Notes under the pieces: model-generated
The model's input: the letters and a program-made list of their open reading frames with translations, nothing else
What the model was told of the DNA's origin: nothing
Databases searched by the model: none
NCBI RefSeq assembly: GCF_009914755.1
Contig: NC_060928.1
Length of the DNA stretch: 64,000 bases
Source: the human T2T-CHM13v2.0 reference genome, Homo sapiens
Reading direction: 5' to 3' (one strand)
Program-made: the position numbers and the translations under genes
Part shown: positions 10,826 to 25,063 of the stretch, piece after piece
Layout of the letters: each line of letters begins with the position of its first letter
How positions within the stretch are numbered: the stretch's first letter is position 1

Positions 10826-13800
10826 AGGTCTTAGTTATTTAAATGTGAGAATTATTTTACAAATATAAATTAATCAGTCAAACATTTATTGTGGACCTGC
10901 CACATGTTGGTGATGTTATGCCTAGCAAAGAACTTAAGATATGATCTCCACCTTCAAGAAGCCAACAAGCAGTTGGGAAAAGCAAAATGATCACGTCTGA
11001 AGTGATGCCAGTGCTAAGTGTGATACAGGGCACACTAGGTGTGTAAAAGGAGTATCCGTCCAAACTCCTGGACGAATGCCTGTGAAGTGATACCTTTAAC
11101 TTGATAGCCTGGATTCAGATGACTGTTCCTTGGTTAGCCACAGCATATTGTGGTCAGGTGCTAACTTACACAGGAGCACAGTTAATTAATGTGTGGTCTT
11201 ACAGGGTGCGTTTGCAGTCAAAGTGAGAATCTACAGAAAGAGAAGAGGAGTTTGTAGTTAATGTTAAAGTGCTTCTGAAGCCTGAAAGGGTCCTTTCTTT
11301 TGGGAAATTGCAGAAAAAAGTCAGCACATGCTGTGGTTCTCCTTCCAAAGCTAATGCACCCTGTATCATTAACAATGAAGCAGTTGACTATTGCCAGGAA
11401 AAGCAGAAACTGGCTTATTTAGGGTAGGGAGGCTCAGCAGTGCCAAAGCTAATGCCATTTTGAGTCAAGTGTACATTCCAGTATATTTGGTCATTATTGT
11501 CTTGTCATTCCATCCTTTTAAATGTATAATTTCAAAGTTTATATGCAATTAATTTTGTTTGCCTATTTTCTATCCAAATGACATGGTTGGTTTGTTTTAC
11601 ATTTTGACAAATATAGGCAAATTATCCTTCTAGAATGTCACTGCTTAGTTAGAGCTTAGCCTCATACAGTCTATAAAGGTGAGTGTTGGTCTGTGTTTCA
11701 AAATGACATAAAAATTTTTAATGAACCATTGTATATAATAGAATGAAGGACACTGGTATAAAGAGGGGAATGTAGAATCTAATTTTCCCTCCATAGAAAA
11801 CATAAACATAATAAATTTCATGGAAACAATCTGTTAAAGTAACTTGAAAGTCTAAAACTGAACAGAAAGGTGATTTGTTAGCTTATCTTCTTTAATTATT
11901 GTTATTATGATACCTTATTCCTTGGAATTTGAGCTTCTACTGAAGAAATTATCTACCTTTTGACCTTGTTTTCTCTAGCTAAGTGGGGCTGAAGAGGAAA
12001 TAAGTATGTAATAGGCCTCCCCCAGCAAGCATGGAGGCTCCTCCTGCGACCCCAGGATCTCTAGGACCTAGGGGAGCAGTGACAATACCAGCAAAGGGGT
12101 CCACAGGGTTGAGGACCCCAATGGTGACGCTGTGTGTGGCAGACCAGGAGCAAGTGGCAGAGTTGCTCACAAAACACACTGCTTGGAAGAAATGGACTTT
12201 TTCACAAAAGCCTTTGCGGTATCCATGAAGTGTGCACTGCCTTATGCTCATGACATATCTTACTGAAGATAAGTCAGTGTGCTAGTGAGACACCTACTAT
12301 GTTCTATTTATTCTTCCTATTCTTTTCCTATTTACTTTTCACAGGAATCCATGTAGGTGCTACTTCTTTATTTTTTAAAATGAGTTTTTTATAGGTTAGT
12401 GTATTATTTTAGATATTAAGAAATACTATAAAGAGGTTAAAATCATTTGAGAATAACGATGCAATGATTGGTACTAGTAAATATGTACTAGATTATAACT
12501 AACTGTATTTGTGTACTTGATTTTCAAAAGTTTTACAGAATGTATAAAGAAGTTGGATGGAAACTTATTTGTTATTCAGGTGTTTTCCTACAAAACAGTC
12601 TACCTAGCCAGGGGAAAGAATAATGCCACTTCATTCTGACTAATTCTCTTCCTTCAAATATGGAGATTCATCTAATCCGCTGTTTTATTTATGGTTTTGA
12701 AACCAAAGTGGCAACTGTGTGTGGCTTTGGGTGTTCTTGTTTTAGGGTGGCAGAAGTTGGCATGGCATTTCCTTAGCCTAAGAGTTTTAATTTCATAGTG
12801 TTTCTTAATTCTTAACACTAGGCAATATGTCAGTAAATTCTCTGAAATTTAATCTTATAAAAGTTCTAGGATGATTCATGCTACCCTTCCTTCCCCCAAA
12901 TCGTGACTCATTTTCAAACTTGTGTTTGAAAAGCTTTGTAAGTTAGGGTGAAATATTTAGAGTTTGGCACTTGGATAGTTCCCTGAAAACTCAGTTCGTT
13001 TCTACCAGCAGTGATTGCGATGACAGGGTTAGATTTTATTTCTCAGGTGTTTCTGTTGGTGTTTCATTTTGCAGATCTGAAAAGGGGGTTAAAAGGGAGT
13101 GCTGAAACAGAAGAATAAGCACTTAAAGTTTTGGTTCTTATGAGATGGAAACCATTCCAAAGGCACCTGGTGGGTAGGGCTTTGTTAGTTTCTGAGCATT
13201 GGACTCTTACCATTTTATCAACATCTCTACAAGACCAGGGTTCTGGGAATATTCATTGTCACTTTTCTTCAGAGAGTTCCCATTGAATGTATCTAAGCAG
13301 GTCATGGCACAGAGAATTTTTAAGATCTTAAGGATTAGACAATGATAAACCTGAGGTGTACGTTCATTTTTTTAGCAGAAAGATGTGAAGCAATATGTGA
13401 TTCCAGAGCAAATGTGAACTACTTTACGAAGCTTTGAAAGATGCCTTTGAAATATGTTTTTGTTTGTGTGGTTTGTTAACTTTGTTTTCCAAGACAAGGA
13501 ATATTTCCTCATGAGAGTAGTGTGATTTAATACCCTGGAATATGGTAATTGTGCTAAACCATACAGCTATAATTATAAGACACTAAATTGGCCAGAACCC
13601 TACTTTGAAGTTTAATGCTTGACATATTAAATGCTTCAGATCTCTTTCAGGAAAAATTTCTGTAACAATGAAATCATACTATATTAAATTAAACTGTTTT
13701 AGTGTATTTATTTTAGATCATGAAATATCTGATTTTTTTGTTAGTAATAAAAACAGTTTATGAACCTGTCATTGTGAATGAAATAATTATTTAGTGAAGT

Positions 13801-14987
13801 TTCCATTTAATTCCTTGCACTGACAAATATTCTTTTATGAATCTCTCATTCATCACTCCCTTCTCACTCCCTCTTTAGATTCGCAATCAGTTTTCAGGAG
13901 CACATCTGTCATCATTATGTATATAATTAACACAGTGTCTTAGGTAGTGTCATCTGAATTACTGAACAGGGATAATGATTGGGTAATTTGAGATGTCGTG
14001 ATTGACCCCAGATCTTTCTTCTCTGAAGGGTAATGGTACATAATGGTTTCTAAACCATGGCACCCTTCCAATTGAGTAGAATGTACAATTTAAAAGAAAA
14101 ATATATAGTGTTTACCTGGATATTTTTAGTTTCTTTTGCTTCCTTTATTATTTAGCATGCTAAGTTTCTAAAGCATTAATATTCATCACTCATATTCCAA
14201 ATTGCTGTCAGTTTCCTGTGATATTTGTTGGCGTCAGAATTGACTTCAAGCTTTTTATTTATGGAATCTGTTCTGGAGTTAACAATGAGCTAAGGTTTGG
14301 AGGAAATAATATATTAAATCAACTATCTGATTCGATACCCTTGGATCCGAGACTCGGTTTAACAAACACGAGAATCCCTAGGATGTGGTTTGTACCTTTA
14401 GTGAACTTATATTTAAATATGCAAACTAAAGAAGCAGCTCCAGTAAGGAAAACTAAAACGCTGATTTTTTTTTTTTTTTTAATTTTAGACTCCGGAGGAA
14501 CATGCACATGTTTGTCACATGGGTATGTTGTGTAATGGTGGGGATTGGGCCTTTAGTGTACCCATCAGCCAAATAGCATTGTACCCTCACTCCCCTCTCA
14601 CCCTTTTTGAGTCCCCAGTGTCTGTTATTTCTGTCTTTATGTCTGTGTGTACCTATTAGTTAGCTCCCACTTATAAGTGAGAATATGCATATGCAGCATT
14701 TTTATCTTTCTATGTTAGCTCACTTAGGATAGTGGCCTCCAGCTCTATCCATGTGGCTGCAAAGGACATGATTTCATTCTTTTTCATAGCTGCATAGTAT
14801 TTCATAGTGTGTGTGTTTGTATATTCAGTATCTTCATAGTATAGTGTGTGTATATATATTCAATTCCATAGTGTGCGTATTCAATATTGAACATTCAATA
14901 GTCATTGAAAATGTGATATGTATATATCACATTGTCTTTATCCGGTCAACTGTTGATGGCACTTAGGTTGGTGTCATAACTTTGCTA

Positions 14988-15152
<165 letters not shown>

Positions 15153-16213
15153 TTACAACCCAAATAAACATGTAAATGCAGGTGCCTTTTTAATATAATG
15201 ATTTTTTTTCCTTTGGATAGACATCTGATAGTGAGATTGCTGGATCGAATAGTAGTATAGTTCTGTTTTTAGTTATTTGAGATATCTTCATTCTGTTTTC
15301 CATACAGGTTGAACTAATTTACATTCCCACCAACAGTGTATAAGCCTTCCCTTTTCTCTGCATCCATGCCAACATCTGTTTTTTGACTTTCTAATAGTAG
15401 CCATTCTGACTGGTGTAGGATAATAGCTCAGTGGGGCTTTAATTTGCATTTCTCTGACTAGTTATATTGAGCATTTTTCATGTGCTTGTTGGCTGCTTGT
15501 ATTTCTTCTTTTGAGAAGTGTCTGTTCATGTCCTTTGCTCAGTTTTTAATAGGATTGTTTTTTTTTTCTGTTTTGAGTTCCTTATAGATTCTGGATATTA
15601 GTCGTTTGCCAGAGACATAATTTGCAAATATTTTTTCCCATTCTGTAGGTTGGCTGTTTACTCTGTTGATTCTCTCTTTTGCTGTGCAGAAGCCTTTTAG
15701 ATTAATTAAGTCACATTTGTCTATTTTAATTTTTGTTACATTTGCTTTTGGGGTGTTCGTCATAAATTCTTTAATATTTGTTGGCATCAGAATTGACTTC
15801 AAGCTTAGTCAAGCCTAGGCCAATGTCCAGAAGAGTTTTTCCTAGGTTTTATTTAGGATTTTTTATAATTTCAGGTCTCACATTTAAGTCTTTAATCCAT
15901 CTTGAGTTAATTTTTGTATATGGTAAAAGATAGGGGTCCAATTTTATTCTTTTGTATATGGTTAGCCAATTTCCCCAGTACCATTCATTGAATAGGGTGT
16001 CCTTTTCCCATTTATTTTTGTCAACTTTGTTGAATATCAGTTGTCTGTAGGTAATGTGGCTTTATTTCTGGGTTCTCTATTCTGTTCCATTGATCCGTGT
16101 GCGTATTTTTGTACCAGTACCATGCTGTTTTAGTTACTATAGTCTTGTGGTATCATTTGAAGTTAGGCAACATGATACCTCCAGATTGTTCTTTTTGAAT
16201 AGGATTGCTTTGA

Positions 16214-16544
<331 letters not shown>

Positions 16545-17889
16545 GTGTTTTCTCTAATTCTGCGCAATATGATGTTGATAATTTGATAGAAATTACATTG
16601 AATCTGTAGTTTGCTTTGGGCAGTATGGTCATTTTAACGATGTTGATTCTTTCAATCCATGAGAGTGAGATGTTTTTCCTTTTGTATTGTTGACAATTTC
16701 TTTCATTACTGTTTTGTTTTCTCCCTGTAGAGATCTTTCCTCTCTTTGGTTAAATGTATTACTGGTTATTTTATTTTTTTGTTGCTATTGTAAATGGAAT
16801 TGAGTTCTTGATTTGGTTCTCAGCTTGAAAGTAAAACTTTGATTTCTGAAAATCTTTCAAGGAATGGTGACTCTTGACTTTCACTCTCTCCCTGGGGTTG
16901 CCTTTGATTTCCTCTGCATTACCAGGCATCACCCCCAGGGTTTACTGGGAGGCAAGTTGTCTGTCAGTTGTTAAGGGAGCAAACTATGGAGTTGCAGTGT
17001 TGGGATCTTGGGCTGGTTTTTTAATCTTTCTGTTTTCTTACATGTAAAAGATGATGATAATAAAAAGGTTCCCCAACATTGCCTAGTCCCCTAATAGGTG
17101 TTGAGTAAATGTTAAACTGTTACTACTTGAACACTTTAATACTTTTTTAAAGCCCAAGTGTTGGCAGAAAGTATTTTCTTATTTACTTTTGCCACTTGAG
17201 TCAGACTGACATTGTAGGAAGTAATTTTTCTCAATGCTAAGGGAAGAGGGATGATAAACAATTAAGAGTACCTACCATGTGGCAGTCATTGCATTAGGTG
17301 GTTAGATCTGTTATTTCACTTAGTTCTCATGACACATTTAAGGAGGTAGGTTGCCTTAGCCCAGTTTGATTGATAGCAACGTAACTTAACCCCTTTGAAC
17401 ATCAGTTTCTCTGAGACCACTCAACTACTATGTGCTTAGAGTTGGAATGCCAGCTCCTGATCTTTTTGGCTGCAAAGCTTGTATTTCTTCTGTAATAACT
17501 CACAGAAATAGTTATGGAATGACTCTCAAAAATGTAGAGTATCAAAGCTTTTTATAAAAAGAGAATATTCTACCAAAAACACAGAAACTATCAGTTTCAA
17601 ACACTGCTGATTCTGAAGAGCTTATGCAGCTTCACAAGCAAATTGATTTATTCAAATAATATTTGGAAATAAAATTTTGAGCAAAACAATTTCCTGCCTC
17701 CTAGCCTCCTGTTCATCTTTAAGTGCTGGAGGCCATCTGATTTCCTGCCATTGGTGATATTAAGGGCCCTTGACTCATTCTGAGATAAAACCAGTAAAAT
17801 ACCTCACCCAAGAAAGTAATTTACTATGACAAGATCTGCAGGAGAAAAGTAGCATGTGTTTTACTTATTTATTTTTGCATGTGTTTTAG

Positions 17890-18055
17890 AGCTTTACCAC
17901 TCAAGGTCTGGTCCATGGGCCCACGTCAGCATTACTTAGAAGTTTTTAGAAATGCAAAATCTCAGGTTCAACTTCAGCTCTCTTGAATTCAGAGTCTACA
18001 ATTTCACAAAGTCCTCAGCTATTTGTATGCACAAATTTCAGATTCAGTGCTTTAG
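17890..18055. mobile_element. MER5-family hAT-Charlie relic
   Basis: ctcaaggtctggtcc...tagaaatgcaaaatctcagg. Confidence 0.6.
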
Positions 18056-18179
18056 AAGGAAACACTGGAGAAAACTGTGTGTAGCAATTACCTGAACAAT
18101 TGTGCTAATTATTAATGTTCAGAAGAGAAGAATACAAAACCATAGTTTATTTTCTTAGAGAATTTATAAACTAGTTGCC

Positions 18180-18385
18180 TAGCACTGTAGTAGAGCAGTT
18201 GAGAGCTTGGTTGTTGGAGTCCAGCTGCCTGGGTTCAAGTCCCAGCTCACTGACTTGCTTAGATGCATGAGTCTGTTGCATCCCTAGTAAAGGGCTGTAA
18301 TAAGATCAGATGCCATCATACATGGTCAGTGCCTAGCATAGTGCCTGCCACATAGTTAGCCTTCAATAAGTGTTGGTTATTTACT
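18180..18385 (+). mobile_element. MIR
   Basis: ggagtccagctgcctgggttcaagtcccagctc...catagtgcctgccacatagt. Confidence 0.7.
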
Positions 18386-18579
18386 ATTAAAGAATCCTCA
18401 GATATATGAGTTCTGTAATTTGATTAGAGTTTAAATGCTTAAAATGTGGCATGATTTGATGTATTTGAGAAAAGAAAATAGTCATAGAGTGAAGATAGGG
18501 TTTCAAGTCTTGGGTTCTAGATCTGGCTGTACCACCAAGAGGCTGCATAACTTTGGGAAGGTTACCTAAGGGTTATCTA

Positions 18580-18968
<389 letters not shown>

Positions 18969-19745
18969 AAAACAAGAATAAATGTAAAAGTATGTTGTAC
19001 ACTGTAAGGCAGCAAGTGGGAACTGATATTTTCAGACCCCTTTTGTATGGGGGCCTGGAGTTTAGTTACCTTCATAAAGCTGGCTATGTGAAAGACCAGA
19101 CCAAAATCATTTATTTCTATATCATTATTTTGATATAAACAGGTTGAAATAAAATGGTAAGAAAGTGCAAGCATCAAAAATAAGTTGTACAGATATTTTG
19201 TCCCATGTACCTGGTGCTTGCTGGTTTTTGACCCTGACCTAATCGTGACCACTGTCATTCCTTATAATGTAAATTGTATTCCCTTCAATATTCAGTCCCA
19301 TTATGTACAATTTGTATTGTAAAAACTGGGCTATAAAAGAAACACCTGGACTTCATAGAAAGTTGCCCTGCCTGTGGAACTGATGCTGGAAGTATGCAGG
19401 GTCAGATGTACAATCCACTGTATACTCCATGGCATCTCCAGTTTGGGGAGAACATTGCCAATGCATTTTAGTCCTATTTTTACTTTTGGTGGAGAATTGT
19501 AATAAACAGATTAATTGAAATATCAATCTGGGCAATATTTATTGGCAAAGTATTGAGAAAATATTTGTCAAATAATGAATAGGGTAGATGTTGAAATTAG
19601 GGTTGCCCTAGAAGGTGAACTATGATAGCGTTAAAAAGTTGCCTCAGAAAGAATTGCAGGAGAAATCCTCTTATTTTAGTGATAGTTTATTGGTAAATGA
19701 AAAGTCTTCCTGAAGGGATCATTAAAATTACATGTACTTTTTTGT

Positions 19746-20033
19746 GGCTGGTCACAGTGGTTCACGCCTGTAATCCTAGGACTTTGGGAGGCCAAGGTGG
19801 GTAGATTGAGCTCCGTAGTTCGAGACCAGCCTGGGCAATGTGGCAAAACCATGTCTCCACTAAAAATACAAAAATTAGCTGGACGTTGTGGCATGCACCT
19901 GTAGTCCCAGCTACTTGGAGGGGCTGAGGCAGGAGGATTGCTTGAACCCAGGAGGTTGAGGCTGTAGTGAGCTGAGATGGTGTCATTGCACTCCAGCCTG
20001 GGCAACACAGCAAGACCCTGTCTCAAAAGAAAA
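19746..20033 (+). mobile_element. AluJ
   Basis: Full dimer. Confidence 0.93.
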
Positions 20034-20041
20034 TTCATGTC

Positions 20042-20223
20042 TTTTTTTTTTTTTATGTTTTTAAAAATGGAGGTCTTGCTGTGTTGCCCAGGCTGTAGTA
20101 GAGTGGCTGTTAATAGGTGTGATCATAGCACATTGCAGACTCAAACCCCTGGACTGAAGCAATCCTCCTGCCTCACAGCCTCCTGAGTAGCTAGGAGTAC
20201 AGATGCATATCACTGTGCCTGGC
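20042..20223 (-). mobile_element. FAM (fossil Alu monomer)
   Basis: Retains 7SL-like segment gtggctgttaataggtgtgatc absent from dimeric Alus. Confidence 0.75.
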
Positions 20224-20410
20224 TTACACTTATTTATAGTGAATGTTAACTTACAACAGTAAGTACACTTTGATTCACCACAAATTTGATGTATATCTAA
20301 AGCTTTTTCAGTGTGATCAGTGAAGAAGGTTTTACCTTACCTATCTTGTATGACCTACATCTAAATATAGAGTTCATAATTCCTAGTTTGAGTTCTTTGA
20401 AATAAGTGGA

Positions 20411-20720
20411 GGCCAGGCGTGGTGGCTCACGCCAGTAATCCCAGCAGTTTCGGAGGGCAAGGCGGGCAGATCACTTGAGGTCAGGGGCTCATGACCAGCC
20501 TGGGTAACATGGTGAAACCCCGTTTCTACTAAAAATACAAAAATTAGCCAGGCGTGGTGGTGCATGCTTGTAGGCCTAGCTACTGGGGAGGCTGAGATGA
20601 GATGGGAGGATAACTTTAACCATGGAGGCAGAGGTTGCAGTGAGCTGAGATTGCACCACTGCACTCCAGCCTGGGCGAAAGAGTGACAGACTGTCTCAAA
20701 AAAAAAAAAAAAAAGAAAGA
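20411..20720 (+). mobile_element. AluS
   Basis: Full dimer with A tail. Confidence 0.93.
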
Positions 20721-23270
20721 AATGGAGACCATGGATACCTGAAAGAAAAGAAAAGAAAGAAAGAAAGAAAGAAATGGAGACCATAAGATACCTGTGAACC
20801 AATCTGAGGACAGAATCCATTTAAATTTTATCAGACCCCCCACCCCTCAAATGTAAGATATCTTGACAACATTTAATTCAGTAGCAGTTTATTTTAGTAA
20901 TTATGGAGCTTTTCCAAATAATTTTAGTTAATTTCTATTGAAAAACTTCATTTTTATATTCATATTTTCTCAATTTATATAATTAAATAATGTTGTCAGG
21001 CACAACTGGTGTAAACAGGTTTGGGAGGAAACAGAACTGACTCTTGGTATATATTAAACTCAGCTGGTGGAAGTGGGTGTGTTTGGGTATCAGAAAGTAG
21101 TCTATGAGTCCTGGGCGTCCAGTGTCCTTCAGCCAGGATGTTTCACAGAGGGAATAGAGAGCATTGTGGAGAGAGAATCAGCAAGGTTTTATTGCATCAT
21201 TTGTTTTGGCAATTGGCTGTAAAGATGCCTGGCATGAAGGGAGGTATTTTGGTTTTTGGTTTGTGGAGCTTTTTTGCTTAACATTTTGTGAAGACTAACT
21301 TAAGGTCATTTGGCAGACGTGTTATTTCACACATAAAAGCTTCTATTCTCATGAGGCAAGGAAGCAAGAACACATTTTTCTTTGCCAATGAATGTCTCTT
21401 GCTCTGTTTTGGAATTGTGTTTAATACATAAAATCTGCACTGATTCTGGACTTCATTGAAAGAGATTCTGTAAGGTTGATTGGGGATGGAAATGAGGTGG
21501 TCTAGTAATTTTCAAAGTGCTACTGAATTACATAACAGTCTTTGTAAAACCAAAGGAACCCAAATTTTAGAGCAAATAAAACTTTACATTTTAAATTTGT
21601 TCATGTTTTTAAATGAATGTCTTTTTGCTTTTTTGTTCAAAGAGCATTTTGACAAAGAACATAATTGAAGTGTATGGGAGTGTGTATAGAATATACTGAC
21701 TTCTTAAAAATGGAGGTTATTTTCCCCCCCTCCTAGTTTCCAGCATTTAATGGGAAGTTTAACTAAATGTGTATGAAATAAATTTAAAAAAATAAAAAAC
21801 AATTTATATACTGTGAGTCATGCATATTCTTGCCATTTCAGAAAGGTCAAGATAAAGTATCGTATACTACTGTCACTCCGTTAATGAAGAGAGTATGTGC
21901 TGTACCTTGACAGAGCATTGGAATTGAAGGCAGAAGCTGAAGTTTCAGACCCTGGCCTGATTGATGTCTGGTGCAGCATTTAATTATTCTGAACCTCAGT
22001 TTCTCCTGTGAAGTGATGGTGATAGGTCTCTTTCATCCACAAAATGGGGACAGTAATACCTACCTCAGGGCTATTGTCAGGATTCAGTGAGATATATTAA
22101 AGGCAATTAAGAAAAGAGATAATCATTTTATTACTAAAAAATAATTTTTATAAAATAAGGAGAAAAATAAAAATAAAACCTATTAAAAGCATTTAGCACT
22201 GTGTCACAGAGTATTTGATAAATGTAGCATTTATTTTTTTAAAAATTCAGAGATGAATGAATGCTCCAGGCTATTACCCTTGAGCCTGACACTTCTATTT
22301 ATGTTGGGCTTAATGCCCTCTTGCAGAGTAATAGCACTCTTGGACATGTTGTTCAAACCTGTTTTCTCCCATGTCCTGCCTAATGCCCCAAAATAGAGTG
22401 AAATTATAGCTCAGGGACTAATAGCCAGTTACTTGCACCTTGGCTTTTGTTGCCTTGTGAACTGCTGGCAATTAATGTGCTGTGAGTGTCCTGTGAAGCC
22501 CTGTGTGGGAACTTTCTCCAGCTGAAATAAAGGAGGGCAGCACTGAAAAGCCTGGACAGGCTCCTTTCTTCTCTCCCTTCCATTCTCAGCAGTGTGACTG
22601 TGGCTACACAGTCCTCCCAGTTCCAATAGCTGGCACCTGCTCTTGCAGGGAAGGCTTCTCTGGGTTGGCAGTGCCTCAGCACCTACTGCCCTGCTTGTCG
22701 CCAGCTCTCCTGCCACATCCCAGGCGTCAGACCTCCTAGGTGGTTTTTATTTTTGTTTTGTTCTTAGTGTGGCTAACTATATCATGAAGAAATGTTCCCA
22801 AAGGAATTGTTTGCTAGTCCTTTCTCATCCCTCCCACATCACATCCCAGCTATATAGGAGGGAGGGAAACCATTGTTTACAACATTTATGCAACTTTTAT
22901 TTCTGGAAAGGGTAACCAGCCAACATAAAGAATTTGCAGAGGACTCAGTGAATGATGGGTCTGGGGAAGCATCCTAGTCAGTTTATCTAAGCCCATGGAA
23001 GAGTGAAATCTTCACATCACATATTGGGACAGCCAATTAGAACCTCTGCATGCCCCAGAAAAGCCTAGAGTGAACTCACTTCTTGGCTAAGGCTAGTCTT
23101 TCCTGTACCCCTGGCATTTCTCTGAAGATAAGGACTATTGAATTAATTCCTTTGGAAGTCCAGGAAAGTAGCATTTTGAATGCTTGCTTTTATTCCACAA
23201 GAAGCTTGAAAAGGAAAATGTGTCTCTAGATATGGTCTCAAAAGCTCCAGTGAAGTTTTACTAGTAATTA

Positions 23271-23588
<318 letters not shown>

Positions 23589-23923
23589 TTAATAATAATT
23601 TATGTGGCTCTGGTTAAAATGTAAAGACCACAAAATGAGGTACTGTGCACAGTATTAAGGTTGTTATTGTAATACAGCTTATTCAACTGACATTTTGCAT
23701 TAGTTTGAATCACATATGAAATCACATGTGTTCACCAAAGTGTAGAAAGCATTAAAAATAATATACATTGATTGTATAAGAACCAGGAGGAAAAACAGGG
23801 AACAGTAAGTATAGCATCTGCAAGATTTGGATCCCATGAACCTTCAGTATGTTAGCCTTTGTTAAATAACAAAACCCAGTGAGAAAAACACATAATTTGA
23901 AAGCACTTATGACATAAAATAAC

Positions 23924-24232
<309 letters not shown>

Positions 24233-25063
24233 TGATTTTTTAATTCCATATTCAGAATAGAGAAGTGAAAGCCCAGTAACTGATTCAAAACAATAAATGA
24301 CCCATGTACTGCCCTGAGAGAAGCGGAATGCTGACTTAAATTTTATTTTTTGGAAGTGAGTTTAGTTAATGGTTAAGATACAACCCAAAATATGCATTAT
24401 TGCTGTTCAAAGAATAATTTTTTTAAAATCCTACCTCTTTTATTTAAAAAGAAAAAATACTCCTTATCATGCTGGTGCTTGAATATACAAAATGGTGCTT
24501 TAAGTGGAATAGGCTTGTGGAACAAATTCAAGGCCAATATCATTCATTTGTGAGTACGAACAGCTGAATAATGAGCTTGGCAAATGCTTTAAGATGTTAA
24601 ACAAAATACCGTTAGAACAAAGGAATGACTCAATCTGACCGTGAGAGAATCTTCCCTCCTCTCCAGAGTTGGAACATTTAAAGCAGGGCTTTGACAAGTG
24701 AGCAGGACTTCCATTAGTGAAGGAGTAAATGAGAATTTTATTGGTCTAAGCAAAGGCATAGAAGTACATGAAAGTCCATGGAGTAGTGGGCCACCATTGA
24801 AGGATCTACCATTGCAGATCCCACCATTGCTATGCATGCTTGTTTGCCTTTGAGTATGGGGGTGGGGATGGAATTGGTGACAGGATGAATCTTTTAAGGG
24901 AGGCCAGAACCAGATTGTGAGGGGCCTTCCATGTGGTGCTGAAGGCAGTGAGAAGCCTCAGGAGTGCTTGATATGATCTGATAGCCCTGTCACTGGATTG
25001 GAGTAATGCTCCAGGCCTGCCAGCCTTGATCCCTATTTGTGCACTGTCCTCTACTTGACAAAC

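Noticed and set aside
13035-13052. ttttatttctcag|GTGTTT (and similar AG|GT sites near 3896, 6870, 12579 and 51765)
   Set aside because: Acceptors are plausible but the regenerated donors are too poor
15539-15802. 87-aa ORF resembling L1 ORF2 C-terminus
   Set aside because: Fragment of a dead, truncated L1
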